Positions 31,857 through 42,300 of a stretch of DNA of 64,000 nucleotides are shown here, in pieces (within the stretch, counting starts at the first letter, position 1; the number at the start of each line of letters is the position of its first letter). The position numbers were made by a program, and so were the translations under genes. The stretch is from a virus (lineage: Duplodnaviria; Caudoviricetes): IMG/VR virus record IMGVR_UViG_3300021387_000147; one strand, 5' to 3'. Below the pieces are notes generated by a model that did no database searches, was not told the DNA's origin, and saw only the letters and a list, made by a program, of their open reading frames with translations.

Positions 31857-32385
31857 TTTCTTCTTTCCAGCGTCCACAAGATTTGAATTCTGGGCATGAA
31901 TGTAAATATTGACAATTTGGAACTAGAACATCCTCAAATTCTGGATTTGTTTTTAGGACTTCATCTCTAATCATGCGCATAATTTTCTGTGCATTTTTTG
32001 ATGCCATTCCACAAAGACGTTTACGTGCCATAAACATCAATTCTTGTGCATTGACCCACATTATATGGGAAACTGGATGACCTTGTGGTTCTTCATAACG
32101 GTCATATTTGTCTTGTCTATCATTTCGCTGAGACTGAACGAAATGTTCTGCACCCATCTTGTGACGGACAAAACAAACTGAATCACAATAAGGAATATCC
32201 ATCTTAATAATAAACTGCAAATAACGAATTGGAGAATGCTCTGATTTTAGATATTTCTTCTTTAAGTCAAGAGACATTTCCTTATCCATAAGATAATCTT
32301 TACCAACTGTATTCAATGCCAAACGTTTTACCCATTGCCAATCTTCATCAGTTGGATGCTTCAATACTTCAATTTTAAAATCCAT
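31852..32385 (-). CDS. thyX: Flavin-dependent thymidylate synthase-like protein
   Basis: SEHSPIR, FVRH, QSQR, N..EL....RKRLC..A, P.C.Y...CPE. Confidence 0.75.
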   Translation of the reverse strand: MDFKIEVLKHPTDEDWQWVKRLALNTVGKDYLMDKEMSLDLKKKYLKSEHSPIRYLQFIIKMDIPYCDSVCFVRHKMGAEHFVQSQRNDRQDKYDRYEEPQGHPVSHIMWVNAQELMFMARKRLCGMASKNAQKIMRMIRDEVLKTNPEFEDVLVPNCQYLHSCPEFKSCGRWKEEK

Positions 32386-33286
32386 TTATACTCCTTCACG
32401 ATATACGATTACTTCTTTGTTAAAATCAATAGTTTTTAAAAGGTATTTCATATTAGAGATGAATTGTTTTGTTGTTGCAAAATAAAAACCATCATAAGTT
32501 ATTTCATCATCTCGTATAAATCTCCACCAATCATAACGTTGCCAATTAAGTTCAACATCTTCATAAGTCACACCATTATAAGCTTTTTCTGCAGCGGCGA
32601 CTAACTTTTCTATATCTTTCTTTTTGATTCTTACATAACTATTCTTTAAATCTTCTTGACTAAAGATAGTTCTCATTTTCATTTGAATAGGAGAATAATC
32701 TTTAAATCTTAATGCTACTGAATATGAATTCAAGTATTCAAAGATTTTTGTTATTATGATATATTTCTTTCTATCTAATGCTCTATATTCTAATTCTTTT
32801 TCTCTATCTTTAAAAGATACTTCACCACCTACATCAGATTTATCTGGATCTTTCATCAATGCTTCTATTTGATTGTCAACCAGTTTTAATCTTCTTTGTA
32901 GTGCAGCAACATCATGCCATCTTTCTTTTGATACAGTGTAGAATACAGTTTCCAAATCAGTCGTCCTTGTTTATTATATTTTCATTTATATATATTTGAT
33001 TTAATCTTTCTACACCTTCGGCATACGAATATATCTGACCATCAATATTCCAATTAGAATCTACAAAATTTAACGTATGTATATCATTATCTTTTGTATA
33101 GAATGTTATAGATTTAATCTTATCTATTGAGTAATCAGTACCACCAACACATACATAAGCGGTTGATAATGTTGCCTCATAGTTTATCATATTGTCTTTT
33201 AATTTAAATGCATTTACCTTACCACAAACATGTTCGATAATTTCATGACCATTGTCTGTATAAGAATAATTAAATTTTGCTATCAT
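32386..33286 (-). CDS. Two hypothetical proteins (32386, 32957)
   Basis: Packed ORFs. Confidence 0.55.
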
Positions 33287-34172
33287 GTTTTATTACCTCG
33301 TCCCAAGCATGTTCTATAAGTGTATCGACTAAATAATTATTATCAGCACAATACGACATTGTAAAATCAGGAACAGAATATCCTCCATAATAAGGGTCTT
33401 TTCTAACATCTTTGTCATACCATTGATGATCAACTGCAGCAGAACCTCTTTCGATTTTCCAATTCCAATCAGCTTGAGATTTTAAATGATAATGATAAAG
33501 TCTTACAGGTCCAGTATAATCAGTAATACCATAAGTTGTTTTTGATACACCAGAACCTACAACTTCTGATACACGTATTCCATTCATCCATGGAACATGA
33601 CCATTTTCTTTATCATTCTTTTTATAGAATTTATATTTTACACCACTATGATAACGGAAAAATGCTTTTCCTTGTGTGGTATAATCATTACGTCTATAGT
33701 AATTATCTTTTATTAAACTTCCATTTCTTGATGATGGAAGATTTTTTGAACTCATCAATATCTGTGGTACCAATACACAATCCAAGTGTCTAAACTGACT
33801 ATCTAACGCAGCTTCCAAATTTGGATAACTAATTACATCCATTGCTGAATGCTTATACCACAAATACTCGTCATCATCCAAGAAATAAATTATATCATTT
33901 TCTTGGAAACCATATCTGTTATCTTTCAATATTTCTTCATATAACTTGTATTGATTTGGCCAACCTTCAATCTTATCATAAGTGACATTTAAATTTACAT
34001 CTTTATTATAAGGCATGCCTAATTTCAAATAATTACTTACAAAGTCAAATATAGGTATTGATGAATCATTATCGATAATATGAATGAAACATCCTAATTT
34101 TAAATACCATTTGAACCAATCTTTAAAGTCTAAATAATTATACGATTTTGTTAAACAAATTACATGAACCAT
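33270..34172 (-). CDS. Glycosyltransferase (GT-A fold, GT2/GT92-like)
   Basis: W..WYLKLG..IHIIDNDS, YFLDDDEYL, LYHYHLKS..DW..KIERG. Confidence 0.75.
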   Translation of the reverse strand: MVHVICLTKSYNYLDFKDWFKWYLKLGCFIHIIDNDSSIPIFDFVSNYLKLGMPYNKDVNLNVTYDKIEGWPNQYKLYEEILKDNRYGFQENDIIYFLDDDEYLWYKHSAMDVISYPNLEAALDSQFRHLDCVLVPQILMSSKNLPSSRNGSLIKDNYYRRNDYTTQGKAFFRYHSGVKYKFYKKNDKENGHVPWMNGIRVSEVVGSGVSKTTYGITDYTGPVRLYHYHLKSQADWNWKIERGSAAVDHQWYDKDVRKDPYYGGYSVPDFTMSYCADNNYLVDTLIEHAWDEVIKHDSKI

Positions 34173-34881
34173 TTATACGCTCTTTAGCTATTTCAAAATA
34201 AGTTAATTCTTTTTCTATTCCAATAAAGTTTCTATTTAAGTTTTTGCATGCAACTCCAGTTGAACCGCTCCCCATACAATTATCTAATACAGTATCACCT
34301 TCATTTGTAAAGGACTTGATAAGATATTCTAATAGTTCAACCGGTTTTTGAGTTGGATGAACTATGTGATGCTTATCTACTCTATTAAATCTTAATACTT
34401 GTTTTGGATAACGGGTACCATCATCTATATATTCTGTAGGTTTGATTTGATTATCTGAAGATAACTTACCAAACTTACCTTTTACAGTATTCTTAACAAG
34501 CTTTCCTTCATGTTTATATTTCTGAGGATTGTAAGTGCATTGTTTCTTATAGAATACTGATATAGTTTCAATGTTCTTTCCAAAACGTTTTTTTAATTGT
34601 AATACGTTTGTTGGAGCTTCTTTTTCCCAATATAAATCGTATTTGTAATCTTTTAAATTACTCATCCTAAGCATAGATGAGAAAGGTTCTTGTCCAAACA
34701 AAACAATTGCCGCGTTTGACTTGCAAACACGATTGTATTCTTTCCAAAGATCTTCAAATGGAATTACTACATCCCATGGACATTTCGTTGTTCCATAGGG
34801 TAAATCGCATAAAACCATATCTACTGAATTATCAGCGATAGATTTCATTGCGTTTAAACAATCATCATTAAATAGATTCAT
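34138..34881 (-). CDS. DNA methyltransferase (N4-C/N6-A, beta class)
   Basis: SVDMVLCDLPYG, HPTQKPVELLEYLI, VLDNCMGSGSTG, FIGIEKE. Confidence 0.92.
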   Translation of the reverse strand: MNLFNDDCLNAMKSIADNSVDMVLCDLPYGTTKCPWDVVIPFEDLWKEYNRVCKSNAAIVLFGQEPFSSMLRMSNLKDYKYDLYWEKEAPTNVLQLKKRFGKNIETISVFYKKQCTYNPQKYKHEGKLVKNTVKGKFGKLSSDNQIKPTEYIDDGTRYPKQVLRFNRVDKHHIVHPTQKPVELLEYLIKSFTNEGDTVLDNCMGSGSTGVACKNLNRNFIGIEKELTYFEIAKERINGSCNLFNKIV

Positions 34882-35514
34882 CTAATTTTGATAATACACT
34901 TGAATGAACTTCAGTTCTTGCTTTCCAAAGTCCTAGTTTTACTAATTCTTCTCTTAGTTTAGAAAATGAAACTGTTACAGGTAAAAATAAATCATCTACC
35001 TTTTCAATTGTTGCTTCTTCTTTTTTTAAATCATATTTAATAAAATATGTTTCTAAACCTTTCTTAATTTTAGTTGTTTGGAAATCATAACCGTTGCATT
35101 CAATTAAACCTTCAATATTCTTGAATTTCCAAATTGCGAATGCATCAACTGTCATCATACTTCCTATACTTCCTCGTTTAATACTTGGCAGAAGTCTATA
35201 AAATCATTATAGAAGTCTTCTATATTTTTCTTATACGCTTCTGTCTTACTATACCATTTTGAATTTTTCTTTAATTTAGAATAATCAAATATCTTAATGA
35301 CATTACTTTTATCTTCTTTAACTTCATTAAAGTGTTTACGTGCACATGGAATAAACCTTTCCAAATTTGTGACATTCAGAAATTTCACAAAAATTTCTCG
35401 ATTTTTTACGTTATCTCCTTCTACAAAACATGTAATAGGCAGATTATAATCATGTGCTACTGTGTTTAATTTAGACGTTAATTGTAATAATACATTATCC
35501 CAAGAATTAGACAT
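34868..35514 (-). CDS. Two hypotheticals (34868..35158; 35164..35514, start re-called to MSNSW)
   Basis: AGGAG SD and promoter upstream of 35514. Confidence 0.6.
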
Positions 35515-35533
35515 TTTTTTACTCCTGTTTGAA

Positions 35534-35573
35534 AATATAATAAAAACACTGGACTTTGTCAACCAGTGTTTTT
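35534..35573 (-). promoter_or_regulatory. Terminator hairpin with TTGACA in its loop, then 17 nt and TATATT (late-to-early boundary)
   Basis: AAAAACACTGG-TTGACAAAGT-CCAGTGTTTTT-AT-TATATT. Confidence 0.8.
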
Positions 35574-35592
35574 AAAATATGATTCTAGTTTT

Positions 35593-36360
35593 TTACTTTT
35601 CAGAAACGTCGATAGTGTCCAATTTAATTACTGCATCACGAGATGTATTCAAATCATTCTTTTGGTCAGCTATATCCTGCTTGATTTCATCACGCTTTAG
35701 AATTAATGGCTCTTTCAACTTTCTAATTAAGTATGCACTTGTTTTAATATCCAACTTTTTACAGATATTTTCTACCAAGAAAATTGCATTCTGCACATTC
35801 TTAAATTCCAAATCTTCAGGTTTCAAGATTTTTCCATTAAAAATAAGTTCCACACATTTCTTAACTTGTTTATATTCAACTAATTGGTCTTCAGATAAAG
35901 TAGATACTAATGAAGCTGTTGCTTGCATTACTTCATCTAAATCAAACATTGTTCCTGCTGCAGGTTCATCAGGCAAAGTCACATCATCTTTGTTCTTCTT
36001 TCCAAATGTGAAGTCTGGGTCGTCTTCATGACCGTCTAAATCCAATTCTTCTTTTTTCTTATCATCTTCGGATTTACCGTCATCTTCCTCTTCACCACTT
36101 TCTCCATCTGATCCGCCATCACCGCCGGCTCCACTGCCGCCTCCTCCAGCATCATCACCAAATGGATCTCCTCCACCTGCATCATCTCCGAATGGGTCAT
36201 CACCTCCACCCATATCATCTCCACCGCCCATGTCGTCTCCGCCACCGGCGTCATCTCCTCCAAAGTCATCTTCTTCAAATAAGAACTGTTTATCAAGTTT
36301 GTCTGATAAAGTAATAGTCTTACTTGTTATTTCACCTAAAATATCGGTTAAGTTTTTCAT
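35593..36360 (-). CDS. Acidic Gly/Asp low-complexity late protein
   Basis: GGDDMG and GGDDPFGDDAG repeats. Confidence 0.7.
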   Translation of the reverse strand: MKNLTDILGEITSKTITLSDKLDKQFLFEEDDFGGDDAGGGDDMGGGDDMGGGDDPFGDDAGGGDPFGDDAGGGGSGAGGDGGSDGESGEEEDDGKSEDDKKKEELDLDGHEDDPDFTFGKKNKDDVTLPDEPAAGTMFDLDEVMQATASLVSTLSEDQLVEYKQVKKCVELIFNGKILKPEDLEFKNVQNAIFLVENICKKLDIKTSAYLIRKLKEPLILKRDEIKQDIADQKNDLNTSRDAVIKLDTIDVSEK

Positions 36361-36371
36361 ATTACTCCTCT

Positions 36372-36671
36372 TTAATCTAAAACCTCGTCTAATCTAGAAA
36401 GTATAACGTCCTTATTTGAATTTCTAATATTGGAACAAGTAAGATAATTAAAAAATGTTCTTGCTGTTTTTGTATTAGAACGAGTCAACATAATTAGTAA
36501 ACCCTCTTTATCTTTATTTATGATCATTTGGACGAGAGTTTCCATTAAATCTTCCATCTTTTCACGAGTAATTTCGATATATGAGACAGAAAGCTGTTTC
36601 TTGTACTTTTCAAAGAAACGTTCAAAATACTCATCTCTATTTTCGATTTTATAAAAAACTGAATACAACAA
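36372..36671 (-). CDS. Hypothetical protein
   Basis: ORF within the late operon. Confidence 0.55.
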   Translation of the reverse strand: MLYSVFYKIENRDEYFERFFEKYKKQLSVSYIEITREKMEDLMETLVQMIINKDKEGLLIMLTRSNTKTARTFFNYLTCSNIRNSNKDVILSRLDEVLD

Positions 36672-36683
36672 CTTATATACCTA

Positions 36684-37229
36684 TTAACTTAAATCAAATT
36701 CTGGCTGTTCATCCTTTAATTGAAGAGAATTTTCCTTTGCCTTATTTATCATGTTCTGAATTAGATCTAATGTTTGGCTAGAATCCATTGTATATGCATT
36801 TATTTGAGTATTCATTGTTCCTGGCTTAGACTGACGCATCTGTGCAATACGTTCTCTCTGTTCTAATGCCTCTTTACGTAAGTTTTCATTAGTTTCAACA
36901 ACTTGATAATCAGTCATTTGTTTATGAAGCTGGAACAACTTCATAATCTGATTACTTATTGTTTCTGTTAAATTTCTAAATACATCATACATGTGTGGAG
37001 GACAACCTATCTTCAATTGATCTGCCAAGCCTGCTAATACAGTCTGATTTGTAGCAATCAAAGACATTAGCTCTGTCTTCATGTATTCTATATCATCAAT
37101 ATTATACTTCTGATTTTTTAATTTTTCTTCTACTTTTTGAATATACTTAGGAGATTCAGAAACGGCTTCTGCCTTTTCTTCTTCTATATTAAACTCATTT
37201 TTCAATGTATCAAATATATCACCTTCCAT
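36684..37229 (-). CDS. Probable terminase small subunit (T4 gp16-like)
   Basis: P..Y.VF..L.......KL..LHK.M recalls the gp16 core; late promoter at 37247-54. Confidence 0.5.
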   Translation of the reverse strand: MEGDIFDTLKNEFNIEEEKAEAVSESPKYIQKVEEKLKNQKYNIDDIEYMKTELMSLIATNQTVLAGLADQLKIGCPPHMYDVFRNLTETISNQIMKLFQLHKQMTDYQVVETNENLRKEALEQRERIAQMRQSKPGTMNTQINAYTMDSSQTLDLIQNMINKAKENSLQLKDEQPEFDLS

Positions 37230-37246
37230 AAATTAACCTCACTAAG

Positions 37247-37254
37247 TATTTATA
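37247..37254 (-). promoter_or_regulatory. T4-type late promoter TATAAATA
   Basis: Exact consensus before a GAGG SD. Confidence 0.7.
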
Positions 37255-37255
37255 A

Positions 37256-37774
37256 TCACCTATATTTCAATCCAAACTGTTCTTCTGTCAATACCTTAAA
37301 AAGATAACCATGTTGTCGACACCAACGTTTAGCGGCTTCCCACTTCTCATAGTTTCTTCTCAATGTATTACATCTCTCCTGCCAATTTTCTATTGCCTTC
37401 TTTGATTTCTTTTGAGGTGGATCTGGATATTTAATCTGACCCGCCTCATTCAATATAGGTGTCTGACTTTCTGGCTTTACTTCCAAAATATACTTCTTTA
37501 CTTGTCCATCTTTATCTTTACAAACAAATAAAAAATCAGTCACATATACATGATTCTTTCCATCAATCTGTGAATAATATGGAACTTCCAATACTTCAGA
37601 ACCCCATTCAATTACCGAATTTGTTCTATCACAGAAGTTGCAAAAAATCTTTTCCCAAGAACTTCTAAATGTAATAGGTTTTGCTCTAGGCATTCTCCCA
37701 TTATAATTTAGACATTTTTCAGGATGATCTGGCTTAAAACAGCCTTGTAAATAATTACCACTAAATATACTCAT
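37256..37774 (-). CDS. Head completion nuclease (T4 gp4-like)
   Basis: FKP.HPEK, FRSSWE, CD....V.EWGSE..VPY, Y.TDF, LEVKP..QT, KWEAA..WC, FKVLTE. Confidence 0.88.
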   Translation of the reverse strand: MSIFSGNYLQGCFKPDHPEKCLNYNGRMPRAKPITFRSSWEKIFCNFCDRTNSVIEWGSEVLEVPYYSQIDGKNHVYVTDFLFVCKDKDGQVKKYILEVKPESQTPILNEAGQIKYPDPPQKKSKKAIENWQERCNTLRRNYEKWEAAKRWCRQHGYLFKVLTEEQFGLKYR

Positions 37775-37777
37775 TTT

Positions 37778-38542
37778 TTACCATCCTGTAAAAGGGTCTA
37801 TAGTTGTTTTTTCCTCGATTTTCTCCTTAGGTTTATATTCAACGTCATATACATTTGCATTTGGATGTTCTTCAACAATATCATTCAATTTCAAAATATC
37901 ATTGTATTGATATTGTGCTGGCGCTGCACTTGGTGCAATATCCCAAATTGGATCATCCTTAGGAATTGTAGGATTGTCTGCAATAGTATATTTATCATCC
38001 TTATAAACCTTAAGAGTCAATGTATAAGTATGTGACTTTAAACCAAAAGCTTCATCCCAATATTTTACATCTCTAATTTGGTAGAAAATTCCATTATAAG
38101 GTAAGTAGATAATATCATCAATTTTAGGTTCCCATGTATCATAAACATCTGGTGTATTTTTATCAGGGCCACCATATCTTGAATAATACTTAAAACTTCC
38201 TTTACCTACATATAAGGTCATCATATCTTCACCCCAAATACCTTGTAATTGATATGATCTTACATTAGGAGGAATTGAATTTGTATATCCTATGAAATAC
38301 CAACTTCTTAAAATCCATCTTAGTTGGTCTTCAGCAAATAATTGGTCTCTTTCTAAATCTTTAGAAACTGCGTAGTAAACAAGTTTTAAACCATATTTAC
38401 CATACGCATCTTCTGTAGCAATATCTTGTTCAGCGGCATCTTGGTCAGATACTAAACCTTGCGCATCAGAATAACAATCGTCATGATAACCTGACAATGT
38501 TGAACATAACCAAGGATATGATGATATTTTTGTATCTGCCAT
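37778..38542 (-). CDS. Neck protein (T4 gp14-like)
   Basis: YG....Y, LFAED, P..DDIIYLP....FYQI..V; virion gene context. Confidence 0.7.
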   Translation of the reverse strand: MADTKISSYPWLCSTLSGYHDDCYSDAQGLVSDQDAAEQDIATEDAYGKYGLKLVYYAVSKDLERDQLFAEDQLRWILRSWYFIGYTNSIPPNVRSYQLQGIWGEDMMTLYVGKGSFKYYSRYGGPDKNTPDVYDTWEPKIDDIIYLPYNGIFYQIRDVKYWDEAFGLKSHTYTLTLKVYKDDKYTIADNPTIPKDDPIWDIAPSAAPAQYQYNDILKLNDIVEEHPNANVYDVEYKPKEKIEEKTTIDPFTGW

Positions 38543-39300
38543 TATTCTAACCTCAAAAATCCATTGTTATTCCATAGAATATTCATTGTTCCATTCTTTG
38601 CATCATGGAATCTATCAAATTCTATATAAGCTACTGGAATTTCTTGTTCAGGTTTCCAGTTTTTTGCTGGTGCATCTTTATGAACAGTAGTTATCATAAT
38701 ACCATATCCACACATGTGATGCTTAGTAGTTTTATCATTTACTGTGCTTGATGCTGAAATAGCGTTATCACCACCTAAAACTTTAATTACATCTTCTGTT
38801 AATGGAGTTGTCTTTAAATTATAACTATCATATTCTTCTTGCACAAATTCTGGTGCAAAACCATAATTCAAATTCCAATATTCAGAATTAAAGTATTCTG
38901 TATTTGTACCAGCTTTGATTGTATCTTTTACTACATTTGGAGTTATACCATATTGAGAATATTCATAATCTCTTTTTACCCAACATGTAGCTGGACATTC
39001 TTTAGAAAAGATTACAGCTGAAGCTGGCATATATTCCATTTCTTCATAACAAGAATCAGACTCCATACCAGTTCTACTGTTTATACTTTCAAATGATGGA
39101 TTTAACATTTCACCAATCTTGAATAAGTTGTATTTATTTATCCAATTTTCTTTATTATTAAAATTATCAATATTATTTCTATCAGTTTCAGATAATAATG
39201 GAGAAAGATAGACTGTGAATGGTCTATTCCAATCTATCGCTCTAGCGCCAAGCATAAACTTGAATTTTTTAAAAACATATTTCACTTGTTTATCTGACAT
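38542..39300 (-). CDS. Virion/tail-associated protein
   Basis: F..FK...G..ID N-terminus and PVAYIEF...NGT..I.W..NG C-terminus. Confidence 0.55.
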   Translation of the reverse strand: MSDKQVKYVFKKFKFMLGARAIDWNRPFTVYLSPLLSETDRNNIDNFNNKENWINKYNLFKIGEMLNPSFESINSRTGMESDSCYEEMEYMPASAVIFSKECPATCWVKRDYEYSQYGITPNVVKDTIKAGTNTEYFNSEYWNLNYGFAPEFVQEEYDSYNLKTTPLTEDVIKVLGGDNAISASSTVNDKTTKHHMCGYGIMITTVHKDAPAKNWKPEQEIPVAYIEFDRFHDAKNGTMNILWNNNGFLRLE

Positions 39301-42300
39301 TACTTAATCTCCAAGACACAACCCATTTGTTTATTGTCTACTTTACCTGAATCTAATTGCATAGACCAAGTAGATAGACCATCACAATCACCTACACTTG
39401 TATCTATATACATTACGTTATTACCATCTTTATCATATACATAAAGACCAGCAAAATCTTCACCAGAAATAGCAGATGTATAACATATACCCTTTTCCAT
39501 AATTTCTTTTCTTATTTGTTCAGGGGACTTAGTCAAACCTAAGTGCATAATGTTATGATTATAAACAAAGTTATCACCTGAAATTCCTGCAATTGGATCT
39601 TCCAACCAATAACCAATTTTACCATTATCAGCCATTGCAAATTTTACATTATATGAATATTCACCTAATTTAGCTGGTTCACCATTATCATTTATATCAG
39701 ATATTGCTGAATATGTATATGTAAAATATTGATCAACTTCATTATTTCTCTTAAATAATGTTAATGGATAATTTGGTAATTTTGCATTAGTCAAATCTGG
39801 TCCATTTGTTGAACATACAGACCAATCATCCTGATATGATATATACAAATCATTATCTACTTTTTTACCTGATTCATCAGTATAAATCTTTAAATCAGAA
39901 CCAAAATATGAATATGTTGATTCATGCTTTGATGTTTGATATTGATCTGAATAATAATCATAATTATTTTTTCCTGTACCTCTATGCACATGAATATGAG
40001 ACATATTCAAACTTAAATCTCTACATATAGCAGCAGGATAATGTACAGTTGATAATGCATTTGCAAATCTTCTATAACCTGGACCTTGTACAAATTGATT
40101 ATTTTGGAAATATCCATAATAATTTTGTTTAATGTTTATACCTCTAAATAATGATTGAGCTAAGAATGGTAAACCACCTAAATCATCACCATTTGGTTTT
40201 CTCATTCCAGGTAACCAACCATACTTATATCCAGTAGAATCAGCATTACCTTCATTATTATCAATATTCATATTTTTAATTGGTGTATCAACATTCAAAT
40301 CTAATGTATTGATACCCAAATTAAAATCATTATACATTAAACCTAAATCATTTGAGAAATTACCATAATAACAATATCCCCAAGCTTCTGATGCATTATC
40401 ACTTTTATTATTAGTACCAGACCATGTATTAATATATGAATTAATACCAGGGAACATATTATATGTTGGCTTAATTTCTGCAACAATTGGAGAACCAACA
40501 CCAAATGGACATTCTGATGCACCTCCATTTAACTGTATTGGACCATAGAAATCTCTCTTAGCATAATATGCAGAATTTTCTGAAGTATCAACTTTATCCC
40601 ATGGTTTTTGAACACCACTATCTTCTTCATAATGCAAATTAACATTATTACATACTAATGGACGAGGTGCATCATCACCAATATTAGAAGTATTAAATTC
40701 ACAAATTGCTGCAAGTCCACCAAATCTATTCATAAATGAATAATTCTTTGATTTTGCATTATTGAAAATATATTGTGTTGCAGTCTTATCTGGATTAGCA
40801 CTTACAATTACACCTTCTGAAATATGATTATCCAAGAATGCAGAAGTATTATAAATTTCTGTAACTTGTGGAGCAAATGCCATAGAACCAATCAAACCAC
40901 CTACGTTATAGATTGATTGTAATTCTGTTCTAAATGATTCACCTATAGCACCAACTCTTACATTCAATAAGTACTGAGGTTTCTTTACTGATGAAAATGG
41001 ATCTATATAAGTATCATCATTTAAATCAAATATATCATTATAAGGCAATGCACAGTTTCCAATAAATACAGGTTCACGACCTTGTCTTTGATAATTATAA
41101 GCCCAATCATAGAATATAATATCACGACTTATTTTACTTTGTGATATAGATGGAAATTGTGTATTTAAATTAACACGACTATATACAGTACCATATACAC
41201 CAAAATCTTTAATATACAATTCATAATCTGTAATAGTAATTACAGTCTTTGTATCATTTGAAGTCTTTGGTGTAATGTGACTATATCTATTTTTAATGTG
41301 TACACCTTTTATTTTTGTAATTGCTAATGGGAAACCTTCAATATATTCAGTTTCATTGTTAATGAATTTCTTTATATTTTCATTCTTAGCATCATTTGTA
41401 AATGGTGTTAAATAAATTTCATCAATTGTTATTGTTGGTTTTACTATTGTACCAGCTGATACAAAATCTACTGAGTTATCATAGAATGTATCTGAAAATG
41501 TTGCGTTTTGATCGAATTCAATTCCGCAAGTAAAATTACCTTTAGATGCATTTAATCTATCAATCTTTACATTATAATTTTCATTATAAGTAGCACTCCA
41601 TGTATTATTAAGATAACTTTTTCCAGTAGTCTGGATTGGATGGTTATACTTAGAATCCTTTTGAGTTCTAACTAAATAATTGTTAGATGCATCATAGAAA
41701 TCTGGATATACTTGGTCAACAATAAAATTATCAAACTTTTTACTATCATTATTACCACTTGTCAAATAATAATTATTTGGCAATATAGTATAACCACAAC
41801 CTAAATCAAATTGTGCATTTTTAATTACATAACAATTTGTATCTGGATCATATTTAAAATCAGTCCATACAGATGCATCTTGTTCTGATTTTTTAACTAA
41901 TGGGAACCAACATGATTTTGCACTTGGTACATTATCATCATATACTTTTTTAGTATTATTATCATAAGTAAATTGATCATAATAATCTTTATGTATACGT
42001 GAACGTGTATGTATTTTTGATACACCACCAATTATTGCATTTCCTTCAACTAAAGTATAACCTGCACCTGATGTATAGTTACCAGTTTTCATTGCGGCAT
42101 TATAAATGTTTAATGCTGAATTACCTCCTGGTGAAGTTTCAGATGTATTACTATTATAGACAGAACTATCAAATGTATAAGTAACAGTTTTTGAATATGA
42201 ACTTGTTGCTGATAGTCCATCAAACTGCAACATTATACCTTGTGTTGATTTATGCCATGGACATTGTGAAATACCAGCATTATCATGATAATGATTTACT

